Shown one piece after another: positions 38,794 through 51,304 of a DNA stretch of 64,000 nt (its first letter is position 1; the number at the start of each line of letters is the position of its first letter). The notes beneath the pieces were generated by a model. That model made no database searches. It was not told the origin of the DNA and saw only the letters and a list, made by a program, of their open reading frames with translations. The stretch covers positions 100,814,001 to 100,878,000 of the forward strand of contig CM059432.1 in NCBI GenBank assembly GCA_030390025.1. Reading direction: 5' to 3'. The position numbers and the translations under genes are program-made. The DNA comes from Squalus acanthias (Eukaryota).

Positions 38794-39314
38794 GGCCCCC
38801 AAAACTGCACAGTCATTTAGTGGACTCCCACTGTAACTCAGCCGCAAACGCCACCGGGACCGGGACATGTGACAGAGGGGAGGGCTGACGCCTCACTACA
38901 ATGGGAGTTTCTGTTTCCTTAGCTTGCAAAGGGCCCAGCATATGTTTGGAGGCCAGTCCGCCTACTGAAATGAGGCATATTAGCCTACAATTGTGGACCC
39001 TATCTGGAGTGGTTCAGGCTGGGAACCATGGTCTGGTCCCCAAAGGTAAGCGGGGGGAGGGAAGACATTTCTTTAAAACAGGCAGCTGACACGGGGGAAC
39101 ACTGGAGCCGCAAATTGTAGCTTTCCAGGGGTGGGGGAACCACGCAACCTCCCTTGGGGCCAGCCAGCTTATGTCGGTTTCGCCTGTATTTTTGGGGGGG
39201 CGGGAAGATGCTGCAGAGGTCCCTGCCTCTGCCCTCACAAATTCAGGTGGAATCAGCGGCAGGTGTGATCCCTGTGTAGCTGCTGTTATTGTACCCCTCC
39301 TGATTTTCTGGGCC
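38794..39314. mobile_element. Harbinger-type MITE
   Basis: TSD TAT on both sides; TIRs ggcccccaaaact / gattttctgggcc. Confidence 0.75.
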
Positions 39315-39469
39315 TATATATGTTTGAAAATGTCTTTAAATCAGAGTTAGAGGAATAGCCTTGAAGGTTATGCGCAGAAATTTCTTAATACAGCGCTTGT
39401 ATTTCTAGAATTAGTACTTCTAAACCCTTTAGTTAGTTTTGTGAGTTTATTTTTCCAATTTTCATTTGT

Positions 39470-39915
39470 TTTGCTCCCTCTCCTCTCCTACAGGTGCTAA
39501 CTATTGTAAGGGCGAGGTTCCATGGGGATTGGGGGCTCTTCATTACCCCAACCAAGTGGCTTGTCTTCATTTGTGAGCCCAGACAGTAAATATCAAACCT
39601 ATCTGACTACCTATCTGAGCACCTATCTGACTACGAAGGTCACTGCAGTTCAGACTGACATTTTCTGACTCGACAGCAATGCACATACACTTCCAGCAGA
39701 GGTCGCTGGACAGTGATCAAGAATGGGGATATAGGCTGATTTTTTTTCTCTTCCCTTGAGTGGAGTGTCAAGGCCAAATGTAGTAACCCACTGCTGCTCT
39801 GGCTAAGATTAGGTAACTTAGCACAGACCATGGAATGAACGCCGGCATCTCCACATCATGGTCTATATAGCTCAGTACCACGCTGGGCAATATCTTTATC
39901 CACCGGATAGTCACT
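39470..39915 (-). mobile_element. SINE family B copy
   Basis: caagtggc..ttcatttgtgagcccagacag, cacttccagcag and aacttagcacagacc blocks shared with 11020 and 45540. Confidence 0.6.
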
Positions 39916-40857
39916 GGACCACTCCAGATTCTATCTTTCATGTTGAGGTTATTGAACCTAATTTTGCTTGGTCCTTGCTCTGGCCATGATAAGACTGCAA
40001 GTTCCACCAATACAAGACTGTTCAATCAATTAGTATTTCTTTTGCCAAAGCTGGATCTGTAGGAAAGTTTCTGTGGATTGATTTGCCAGATCTCTTAATA
40101 TTTGATCATGCTTTTGACTGTGTTAAGCTCTGTGGGATATTTTATTTGAATTATTCTTTTGTGAAGCATGTGAATGATTTGGACTCATGGACAGCTGAAA
40201 GGTAAAGTGCTCAATATGCCACTGTAACAAAGAATGTCTTTCAATTCTTGTTGAGAGGATTTGATCTTGTAAAAGTACTTGGCCAATCTCTGTCTCCAAT
40301 CTGTAGGAGTTGAGAGTTAATGGATTTGACACAGCTTATCCAATGTGACATAACTAGCACAGCTCACATTGATTCAGCAGGTAAGGACAGTAAAGATCAG
40401 GAGTGTATGATGTCCCTGTAAGCTTGTCTAAAAGTTGCATTTTTATGATTTGGAAAAAATGTAATCTCAGTCGACAATAGCTATGCGATCAAATACAATA
40501 GCTTTAAAATTCAGCAAGGTAAACTACAGTGAAAGACATCTGTCTTTTCCAATTCAATAACAAAAAGACATAAACTTATTTTTTTAATTGTCTGTGAGGT
40601 AACTTCAGAATAGTGTATCCAGAGGCAACTGTAAGAAGGACAGATATTGACCTTGATAGTTAGAGAGTGTAGAAGAAGAATCGGAGAATTTGTGCTGCCA
40701 CTTCCAACTAACATTTCAACAACTTGCATTTATACAGCGTCTTTACTATAGATAAATGTCCCAAGGTGCTTCACAGACGTGTAATCAGATATAACAGGAT
40801 GCCAAGAAAAGGAGATAGTAGGAGGGATGACCAAAAGCTTGGGCAATGAGGAGGGTT

Positions 40858-41677
40858 TTAGAATGGTTACAGAAGGAGGCCTGTCGAGCCTGTGCCGGCT
40901 CTCTGCAAGTGCACTTCAGCTAGTCCCACTTCCCCGCCCTTTCCCCGTAACCCTGCAAATTTTTTTCCTTCAGGTACTTTTCTAATTCCCTTTTGAAAGC
41001 CACGATTGAATCTGCCTCCACCACTGTTTCAGGCAGTACATTCCAGATCCTAACCACTCGCTGCGTAAAAGCGTTTTTCCTCATGTCGCCTTTGGTTCTT
41101 TTGCCAATCACATTAAATCTGTGACCTCTGGTTCTCAACCCTGCTGCCAATGGGAATAGTTTCTCTTTATCTACTCTGTCTAGATCCCTCATGATTTTGA
41201 ACACCTCTATCAAATCTCCTCTCAACCTTCTCTGCTCTAAGGAGAACAACCCCAGCTTCTCCAGTCTGTCCATGTAACTGAAGTCCCTCATCCCTGGAAT
41301 CACTCTTGTAAATCTTTTCTGCAGCGTCTCTAAGGCCTTCACATCCTTCCTAAAGTGCGGTGCCCAGAATTGGACACAATACTCCAGTTGAGGCCGAACC
41401 AGTGATTTATAAAGGTTCATCATAACTTCCTTGCTTTTGTACTCTATGCCTCTATTTATGAAGCCCAGGATCCCATATGCTTTTTTAACCGCTTTCTCAA
41501 CCTGCCCTGCCACCATCAACGATTTGTGCACATATACCCACAGGTCTCTCCATTCAAACACCCCCTTCAGGATTGTACCCTTTAGTTTATATTGCCTCTC
41601 TTCGTTCTTCCTACCAAAATGTATCACTTTGCACTTTTCTGCATTAAATCTCATCTGTCACGTGTCCACCCATTTCA
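40858..41677 (-). mobile_element. 5'-truncated CR1 nested in L2
   Basis: 244-aa ORF 40920-41654 encoding the CR1 ORF2 C-terminus; L2 sequence resumes after it. Confidence 0.93.
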
Positions 41678-43453
41678 ACAAGGAGGATCTTAAAAGGAGA
41701 GGGAGATAGAAGGTGGAGAGGCTTGTGCATTGAATTACAGAGCACGACACCTAGGCTGCTGAAGGGACAGCCACCACAGGTGGCCCAAAGGGAAGGGGGA
41801 TGTTTAAAAGGCCAGAATCAAAGGGACTGAGAGTTGGGGGTAACTGTAGGGCTGAAATCGATTAGAGAGATAGGGAGAGGTGAGGACAAGAAGGGATTTA
41901 AACACAAGGATGAGAATTTTAATCTGGAGTCTTTGCGGGCCATGGAGCCAATGGAGCTTTTCGAGGAGGAGGATAATAGGTGAATGGGTCCTGGTGCAAG
42001 ATAGGATATGAGCAGCAGAAGCTGAAGTTTGAAAAATGGATGGAGGATGGGAGGCCGGCCAAAACAGCATCGAGAATAGTCGAGCCTCAAGGTGACAAAG
42101 ACATGGATGAGGGTTTTAGCAACAGATGGTCTGAGGCAGGGGCAGAGGTGGGCGATGTTGCAAAAGAGGAAGTAGGCCGTCTTTGTGATGGATAGGATGC
42201 GAGGTTGAAAGCTCAGCTCAGGGATGAATAGGATGCCAAGATTTTGAACAGTTTGGTTCAGCCTGTAACCATGACCACGGAAGGGAGGGTAGCAAGAGTA
42301 TGGAGTTTGCAGTGAAGCTGAAGACAATGGCTTCAGTCTTCCCAATTTCTAACTTGAGGAAATTATGGCTCATCCATGACTGCATATGGGATAAGAAGTC
42401 TATCAAAACAGAGTGGAAAAGTCGAGGGAGGTGGAGGAGAGGTAGAGCAAGGTGTTATCAGTGTACATGTGGAAGCTGATCTCATGTCTACAAATAATGT
42501 GGTCAAGAGGCAACAGGTGGATGAGGAAGAGGAGGGGGCCAATAATAGTTCCTTGGAAGACTCTGGAGGCAATGGTGCGAGGGCATGAGGAGAAGCCATG
42601 GCTGGAGATTCTCTGGCTATCATCGGATAGGTAGTAAAACAAAGTGAGGGGAATCCTACTGAGTTGAACAACAGAGGAAAAGCCATTTGCGGAAAATGGT
42701 ATGGTCAACCGTACCAAAGGTTGCAGAGAGAGGAGGAGGGATAGTGCACCATGGCCGCAGTCACCGAAGATGTCATTTGTAATTTTGTTTAGGGACATTT
42801 TGTTGCTGTGGCAGGGATAGAAACCTGATTGGAGAGATTCAAACATGGAGTTGTGGGAAAGATGGGTACGAATTTGGGAGGCAACAAGTACAAGAACTTT
42901 GGAGAGGAAAGGGAAATTGAAGATAGGAGGGTAGTTTGCAAGGAGAAAGGGATCGGTGGATTTTGTTTCTGGGGAGGGGGTGATAACGGTTTTGGAAGGG
43001 AGGCAGACAGTTGCTGAGGAGAGGGAAGATTTACAGTGTTAGCTGGCATGGGGGCCAGGAAGGGAAGTTAGGTAGTCAGCTGTTCAGTTGGAATGGGGTC
43101 AAGGGAGCAGGAGGTGGGTCTCATGGACAAGATCAGTTTGAAGAGGGCATTAGGGGAGAAACTAGAGAAATACTTGGGTTTAGGGCTAGAGTAGGGGGCA
43201 GATGAGGGTCAGGCGTGGCTTGGTGCATGAGGGGAAGGTTGAAGCAGCAGCGGCAACTGAAAGCAACATCTCAATCTTAGTGATGAAGATGTCTGTGAGC
43301 TCCTTGCACTTGTTATTGAAGATGATAATAGAGGGGGCAGGGAAATGGGGTTTAAGGAGCAGTTGTAGTGGAGCAGTTAAGGAGAAGTTGGTAGTGGAGA
43401 AAAGATGCCAGGGATTATCGTTGCTCTCCAGAATTATCCTAGAGTAGTGGGTG

Positions 43454-43839
43454 TAACTTCAGTCCCACGCTCTGATCTTTGGCCGCCCGGTGCAGAGGTG
43501 AGCACACAGGTCGAAGGACCTCCTCGTCAGTCTGTTCCTGGGCCTGGCCAAGATGGCCATTATCAGATCCAGGTGTTCATTCTGGCTGCCTGCCTCGCTA
43601 TATTTTCACCCAGTGTCCCTGGAGAGGGAGCACGCGGTGTCCAGCGGTACGCTCGTGGCTCTCCGTAACCGGTGGGCACCAGAGCAACTGGAGTGCATAG
43701 TGGATATAGAAAACAGTTTTTTTCTGTTAGTTTTGTTATAATTTGGAACTTAAGTCTGTGCCCTTTTAAAAAGGGAGCACTTATGGTCTAAGTGATTCCG
43801 ATTGATGATTTAATCATCCTAATTGATAGCCAAAAAGAG
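43454..43839 (+). mobile_element. Tx1/L1-group LINE 3' fragment nested in L2
   Basis: 14-bp TSD tagagtagtgggtg (43440-43453 and 43840-43853); peptide LFLGLAKMAI...VSLEREHAVSSGTL...RWAPEQLECIVD. Clade assignment from memory. Confidence 0.7.
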
Positions 43840-44594
43840 TAGAGTAGTGGGTGGTTTTGGCAGCAGAGAGCAAGACCCAAAAGTGATGGTTTTGGTTCAG
43901 CAAGATCTGGTGTTCGATGGTGCACCAGATATGCTCAAGTCGGCGACCCTTGAACTTGAAGGAGCAAAGATGGGGGGCCATACCAAGGGATAAACCTGGA
44001 TGGCAGAGAGTAAATGCTTTGTGCTGGATTCAGGGCAACAAAGGTAGACCTGAGGGAATGGTTGAGCAGACGAATGGCTGCAAAAATACTGTGGCAAATG
44101 GAGGGCCAAAGGTGTTAACCATACTGATGAAGAACCATTGAAGTTTAACATGACAGCTGCTGGAAGGTGTTACCTGAGGGCTGGGCATAAGACCACATCA
44201 CATGCTCACAAATTCACAAACAGATTACAGAGGCCCATGCTGCTGAAGTTTCACACATCCACTTGTGTGTCCACACTATGGTCAGAATAATGGCAAGGCA
44301 CTCACACATTTTATGGGGAGTTGTGCTGCTCACCAACTCACTCCCGAGGAGCTCTTGGTATCTGGTACCCACCTGGCACGGGCTGAAGGCTATGGTTTTC
44401 AGCTGTCTACTGACCAACTAATGATTATTCTCTTCAAAGGAGCAGGGAGGAGGTAAATTGGGTTTCTTGGAATTGAGTTGACTACAACAGTACATGGCAT
44501 AGGATGATCAGAACCAAGTCAAAATTCCTTGGCCGATTCAGGAATCCAATATCTGATTAGTAGTTGAGAGGTCCAGAAAGAGGCAGCATTAGTA

Positions 44595-44880
44595 CAAAAT
44601 TAAAGGCACGAGATTTAGAACAGAGAGCAAGAGAAACTTCTTTACACAGAGAGTTGTGAGGCTGTGGAATTCACTTCCAGGTTAGCAGTTGAAGCAGAAA
44701 CAATGTCAACATTCAAGATTAAATTGGACAGGTGGATGAAGGCAAAGGGGCTGAAGGGACATGGGAGCATGGCGGGTAAATATGATTCAGACTATTTGTT
44801 CACGTGGAGGGAAAACACCAACACAGACAGTGGGATGAATAGCCTGTTTCTATGTTGTAACTTCTATGTATTTCTATGTA
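44595..44880 (+). mobile_element. CR1 3' fragment
   Basis: aaacttctttacacagagagttgtgagg...ttctatgtatttctatgt. Confidence 0.8.
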
Positions 44881-45539
44881 AGCACAGAATGGAGATTTCT
44901 TGTTGATAGCACATTGTGTGGTGCATTTATCTGCTGAACCATTGAGTCGGGGGTGGGGGGGCTCCCCCTTACCCATTTTGAAACTTATTTTTGTTAGGCT
45001 GAACTGACGAACCGTGTAGTTTCCAAAGCCCATTAATTTCTGCTTCCTTATATTTTCTGATACAATTTTTAGCCTTTATGCTATTTTTGCCTCCCTCATT
45101 CAGCCTCTGTTGCCTTGGTCTTGCTATTTTTCTTCTTTTTTCCTCACAGTGATATGCTTACTTTCAAGTAATCGTAAAATAAGTTCATTTTTTCTTCTGT
45201 TCCCAAGCCATTATTATGGCCTACAGCCCTGTCTTTCAATGGAAGAAACATGTCACCATATGGCAAAAGTTGATTTTTATTTAACAGAAAAGTTTTGGAA
45301 TTCATTATTTACTACAAAGGTAGAACTGTAATTCATCTGCTCCCAAATGTACTCCTTGCAGTGACTGCTGCAATCCAGAGTGACGGTACGGTGATTCATT
45401 CCTTGATTTCTCCTGTTTTTCTGAGCAAAGTATTTGGCCTCAATTAACCACAATGGCCTGGCTGAGCTGGACACCTCATGCTGTGAGGTGTAGTGTCCAA
45501 TCACTTTAATGCAATGTGCTATTCTGACACCTAGTCAGA

Positions 45540-45925
45540 CATTTTGTTCCCACATCCTCTTCGCCTGAAGACATTGAGTCCTTATGTAGGGGTACAATTT
45601 CACTGTGCCAGTCACCCTGCACTACCTCATGCAAGTGGACATTATTCATGCGTGCGCTTTGACAGTATGTTTCTACAGGCTATTCAAACAGAGCCATCAT
45701 AACAAATCACATTCTCTCCTCAGGGATCACTTACTAGTGATCACAAGATTGGGGGCAGGGCCCTAAATTTCCTTTCCTAACATGTAACAGAGGCCAATTG
45801 CAATGTTGCTTTCACTGCCCTGGCTAAGATCAGATAGCTCAGCACTGATCAGGGATTGAACCTGTGGCCACCCTGGTCTGTACTGCTGAAGCACTCATTT
45901 CATAAACCTGCGAGCTATTGGGAAA
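45540..45925 (-). mobile_element. SINE family B copy
   Basis: caagtggacattattcatg, gaggccaattg and agctcagcactgatcagggattgaacc blocks. Confidence 0.6.
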
Positions 45926-46519
45926 ACTTGAACATTATTATTTTAACAAATAAAATGTTCACATTAGTAAAGAGAAGGGTAAAAGATTTACTTGTGCTTA
46001 CCTGAGGGAATATCCTGTGTCTGAATTCTATTAATAATTCCTTGATACAGTTGAAACACACACCGTTTAGTCATTTTAATTTTTCTTTAAAATTATATTA
46101 TTTTGCTGGTGGATTTAAACATTCTTAAGCACCTGCAATGAAGCTCGTTAAAGGTTAAACCTTTTTCAATTTAAATCTAACCTAAATAGAAATAGTATGG
46201 TAAAAACATTTTTTAAGAGTTTTGAAATGGCTAAAAATGATTTGATGATTGGTTGAGTTGATTGTCAATATGTTTCTTATTTAATGATTGGTCAGTTTGC
46301 CTTCAATCACAAGGATACTCTACTCAATACTTGATGAGTGGGGTAGTGGTTAAATTGGCTGTCAATCCCCATTAAGCTCTCTCCACTGCACCATGAAAAC
46401 AAAGTAGGCAGCACATTTTAATGAAATAGAGTGTTTTGAAATTACATAAGATGATTTTTTTTGTTCTGTTGCATAACAGTGGGCAGCTTTGCATTTATGA
46501 AATTAAACACTGAGGCAGT

Positions 46520-49035
46520 AAGAATCATAGAATGTTACAGCACAGAAGGAAGCCATTCGGCCCATCGTGCCTGTGCTGGCTCTTTGGTAGAGCTAGCCAA
46601 TTAATCCCACTTTCCCCATAGCTCTGTAATTTTTTCCCCTTTAAGTATTTAACCAATTCTCTTTTGACTGTTAATGTTGACTCTGCTTCCACCACCCTTT
46701 CAGGCAGTGCATTCCAGATCACAACAACTCACTGTGTAAAAAAATGTTTCCTCATGTCATCTCTGGTTCTTTTGCCAATCACCTTATATCTGTGTTTTCT
46801 GTCACTGGAAACAGTTTCACTTTATTTACTCTATCAAAACCATTCATGATTTTGAACACCTCTTTCAAATCTCTTCTTAGTCTTCTCTGTTCTAAGGAGA
46901 ACAACCCCAGCTTCTCCAGTCTCTCCACATAACTGAAGTCCCTCATCCCTGGTACCATTCTAGTAAATCTTTTCTGCAACCTCTCCAAAGCCTTGATATC
47001 CTTCCTAAAGTGTGGTGCCCAGAATTGGCCACAATACTCCAGCTGAAGGCTAACCAGTGTTTTATAAAGGTTGAGCATAACTTCCTTACTTTTGTACTCC
47101 ATTCCTCAATTAACAAAACCCAGGATCCCATATGCTTTTTTAACAGCCTTCTCAACTTGTCCTGCCAGCTTCAAAGATTTGTGTCCATACATCCCCAGGT
47201 GTCTCTGTTCCTGCACCCCCTTTAAATTGTACCATTTAGTTCATATTGCCTCTCCTCATTTTTCCTACCAAAATGTATCACTTCACATTGTAATGGAATA
47301 GCCATATTTCAGAAAAATACACCATCCTATGAACAGAATTCTGATTTTATTAAAACATGACAAACTGGGTTTAAAAATCTAAAAGCCTTAGGCTGCAAAC
47401 AGAACACAGGCTTCTGAGATAAGATGGTTTGTTAACACAAAGCTGTAAACACCACATAAGCTTTTGAAATGGGAAATGGTTGTAAATACTAAGACAATGG
47501 CCTCATTGAAGCAGAGGGTTGTAGGTTCCAAGGAGTCTGCAGTTTGGAACCAACACAATAGCAATGCCCAAGTAAAGTGTTAAAAAATAACACTTTGAAC
47601 AAAAAACAGAACATTAAAAAACCATGTGCCTTTGTAAAAGTAACATCAAATGAAACAGGAAACACGATTATATATACAACCAATTGAAGTAGCTAAGAAA
47701 TGCAAAGAACACCCTAGATGAAGTGTTTTTAATTTACATGTTGTAAAAGATACCTACAGAAAACTTCGAAAATATTACATCAATAGATGCACCAAGCAAT
47801 CACATTGTTTATGTGTTGAACTTGGAACACAAGGAGACAAGAAGTCTGTAATACAAGCAGTTAAGCCAATATTAAGAATTGAATTGAAGACCTTCAAAAG
47901 AATGGCATCAAAGAGATAAATCTGCAATAACTATTTTATATGATAAGTTTTTGAAACACCTATACAGCAGACAGAATTCTGCAAGTTAACAGCTGAATTA
48001 ACAGTAAGAATAGAAAGAAGTCAACAGAGGTATGGTTAGAGATAATTAGTTTACATCAGCAGAAAACTTCAAAGAATAAACCACTAAAAAAAGAGTATAA
48101 AAGGTAGGATTTATTTTCAAATGAGAAAACAGAAGTTGCTGGAAGGGGCAGAGCGATTCTCGCCTTCAGAACCACTCTGTAGGCCTACAACTCTTTGAGT
48201 CTCGGGTAATCAAGGTATTTGATTTTGGTGGATATTCTGGATTAAGAATAAGTAGAAGTGTGAAAGAGTAACGAAGTTAAGATTTGAGAGTAAGGATCTC
48301 TGATAAGAAATGTAAGCTATTTGTATTTAGAACTGTTAAAGTTGCGATTGAATCAACAACTGTTAGCTGAATGTCAGTTCTTTAATAAATCTATATATTT
48401 TTAGAATTATCTCACAGAGTAATTTTGTATCAACCTCGCAAACTCAATTTCTGTACACTCTTTTGTGAGGAGTTGCAGAATTCTGGGGGGATTTTCCGGA
48501 CCCTCATAATATCCGGAAGGTTACAGTCTAGTTAAACTTGTTAAAAGTGCTATCCGGAGGATGGTAACATCTTCAGGCCATTCCTTTCCTTTAGGGAGAG
48601 ATAGTCTGAACCTTTAGACCCAATTAAGCGTCTCTAGGATTCGGCTACCGCTAACTTTAGTTGAAGGTAAACGTCTGGGGAATACGCCTGATCTGAGGTA
48701 GCCTGAAAAGGGCTAGGACTTGTAATTATCCCTTCAACATTTCTCTGCGTTAAATTTCATCTGCCATGTGTCTGCCCATTTCGCCAGTCAATGCCTGCCT
48801 GAAGTCTGTTGCTGTCGTCCTCATTGTTTACTATATTTCTGAGTTTGGTATCATATGCAAACTTTGAAATTATGCCCTATATATCCAAGTCCAGGTGATT
48901 AATATATATATATATATATATCTAAAAAAGCGCAGTGGTCCGAATACCAACCCCTGGGGAACGCCACTGTATACCCCACTACAGTCTGAAAAACAACCAC
49001 TACTCTCTACTTTCTGTCCCTTAGCCAATTTTAAT
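46520..49035 (-). mobile_element. CR1 fragment split by a solo LTR
   Basis: aaaatgtatcacttcacat joins ttctctgcgttaaatttcatctgcc across the insert. Confidence 0.9.
47289..48736 (+). mobile_element. 1448-bp solo LTR (ERV or Gypsy)
   Basis: TG...CA ends; 4-bp TSD ACAT (47285-47288 and 48737-48740); TATAAAA near 48096 and AATAAA near 48384; interrupts the CR1 cleanly. Confidence 0.8.
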
Positions 49036-49589
49036 TTAAAAGCCCTTAGTTATTTGTTACTATATAATAGGAACACAACAGAAATTATGCAAAGTTTTTC
49101 ATGTACCTTACCAGAATTTATTTTAATACAGCATAATGAGAATTTCAATTTTTAAAATAGCTGCAACTAAACAGTACCTTCCTCCAAAACTTCAATTACT
49201 TATTTTGGTGAATCAGCAAGGAATTAATTTTGCAAGCAACATTGCAAAATATTTCAAACAATTACTTAAATTTACACAGAAGTCATTGAATATTTTGCTG
49301 TCCACTTCAGCAAAAAAAATATAAACTGGCCATTTTATTTTTCATGGATTGTTTCCTTTTAAATTTTTTAATGATTACACTGCAATTGTGTGGATGTCAC
49401 CACATATCAATGATACAGAGCAGCCTGGTTTTCACTGTCTACACAGAGAACCACTGAATTGTCTGAAGAAACAGACAAAATCCAAATTGAATAATAATCA
49501 CCTCATGAAGTCCACAGTAAATATATTTAAAAAGTAGTTAATATCTTGAATTGTTGATGTCACCGAATCCATTCAGTCAGATGCTGCCT

Positions 49590-49950
49590 TATAATGTATA
49601 ACAGGGCTTGACAGAGTAGATGCAGGGAGGATGTTTCCCCTGGCTGGGGAGTCTAGAACCAGGGGTCACAGTCTCAGAATAAGGGGTCAGCCATTTAGAA
49701 CTGAGATGAGGAGACATTTCTTCACTCAGAGGGTGAAGAATCTTTGGAATTCTCTACCCCAGAGGAGGTTCAGTCGTTGAGTATATTCAAGATAGAGATC
49801 GATAGATTATTGAATATTAAGGGAATCAAGGGATATGGGGATAGTGCAGGAAAGTGGAGTTGAGGTAGAAGATCAACCATGATCTTATTGAATGGCGGAG
49901 CAGGCTCAAGGGGCCAAATGGCCTACTCCTGCTCCTATTTCTTATGTGCT
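49590..49950 (+). mobile_element. CR1 3' fragment
   Basis: Matches about 59850-60200, including the tail. Confidence 0.9.
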
Positions 49951-50769
49951 TATAACTTTGCTATGTACAATTTCTTGCCTTCTGCTACAAACAAATCCTG
50001 GGGTTACTATAGTATCAGTCACACAGTACAATGCCCTGTGCCTTGAAGTCAAGTGTCATTTTCTTTGCTGGTTTTCTTGATTCCTGTGATGCATTCCAAC
50101 CAATGGAGTGCAGCTAGCAACAAAACCAATGGAATGTTGAGCTATATGGCAAAACAGTAGAATACAAGGCAAAAGAAGTCATCATAAAACTGCACTGCAC
50201 TCTGGTCAGTTCACACTTTGTCCAATTTTGGTCAGTGGCACACAAGACAGTGCAGAGAAGAGCCACAAGGCTGATCCCTAATGTCAGAACTCTGAGTTGT
50301 GAGGAAAGATTTGAGAAATGTGGGCTTTTCAGTCTTGAAAGGAGCTATCAAAGAAGCTATTTTAGAGAAGTATATGAGACGGTTAACAGCGTGGTAAAGT
50401 AAATCCAGAAAATTAAAGTAAATTGCATGATTCAGACAAGGGGACACAGGTTCAAATTAGTAAAAGGATATAATGAAATTCTTCTTCACATAGAGAGTGA
50501 CTGATACATGGAATTAACTTCCAGATAGAGTAGTAAAGGATATAAAGAATATAAATAAATGCACTGGCAGGAACATATGGCAACACTTGAATCCTGGTGA
50601 TGATGTTGAAAACTAATAGATTTTTACTTTCATGCTTCATAGTTACAACAACTTAATATTTCATCAAACCACCTCCTCCCTACCTTCTCCGCCAAATTAA
50701 CTACTATGTTATGTCCAACAACCTATTGTCCTGTATCTCTATAGCATAAACAAATAATATTATTCCTTT

Positions 50770-51257
50770 ACAAAAGCAAAATACTGCGGATGCTGGAAAT
50801 CTGAAATAAAAACAGAAAATGCTGGAAATACTCAGCAGGTCAGGCAGCATCTGTGGAGAGAGAAACAGAGTTAACGTTTCAGGTCGATGACCCTTCATCA
50901 GAACTGGAAAAAGCTAGAGATGGAACAGGTTTTTAAGCAAGTGCAGAGGCAGGGAAAGGGGGGAGGGGGGGAAAGAACAAAAGGGAAGGTCTGTGATAGG
51001 ATGGAAGGCAGGAGAGATTAAGAGACATTAAGAGAGATTAAGAGATGGTACAAGGCAAAAGGAGATGGCAATGGGACAAGTTAAGAAACAAAAGATGGCT
51101 CTAGATGAAGTGTAAATGGCACTGGCAGAATGAAAGACAGCTGCCATGTGGGAGAGAGAAAAAAAAAATGGGGGAAAAAAAGGGGGCAGAGGTTATGGCC
51201 TGGAATTGTTGAACTCTATGTTGAGTGCAGAAGGCTGTAAAGTGCCTAATCGAAAGG
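50770..51257 (-). mobile_element. 5'-truncated Penelope-like element
   Basis: 14-bp TSD aatattattccttt (50756-50769 and 51258-51271); minus strand FRLGTLQPSALNIEFNNSRP* resembles a GIY-YIG ORF end; hammerhead motif downstream. Confidence 0.85.
50869..50905 (-). ncRNA. Minimal type I hammerhead ribozyme motif
   Basis: Minus strand reads AGTT CTGATGA A GGGTC ATC GACCT GAAA CGTT AACT. Confidence 0.8.
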
Positions 51258-51304
51258 AATATTATTCCTTTTTAACATGCAGTGAAATAAATCCTGATAT
51301 CATC

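Larger units (their letters stand above)
40716..43895 (-). mobile_element. Degenerate L2-clade LINE hosting two younger insertions
   Basis: caacaacttgcatttatacagcg tail; FESLQSGF, QGTIIGPLLFLI, HMYTDNTLLY and FVTLRLDYS remnants. Confidence 0.88.

Noticed and set aside
43900..44450. Possible decayed LINE C-terminus (LCPH..THFMGSC)
   Set aside because: Too degenerate to assign without a search.
45995..46030. Strong minus-strand donor CAG|gtaagc
   Set aside because: No convincing pyrimidine tract or CSMD-like peptide upstream.
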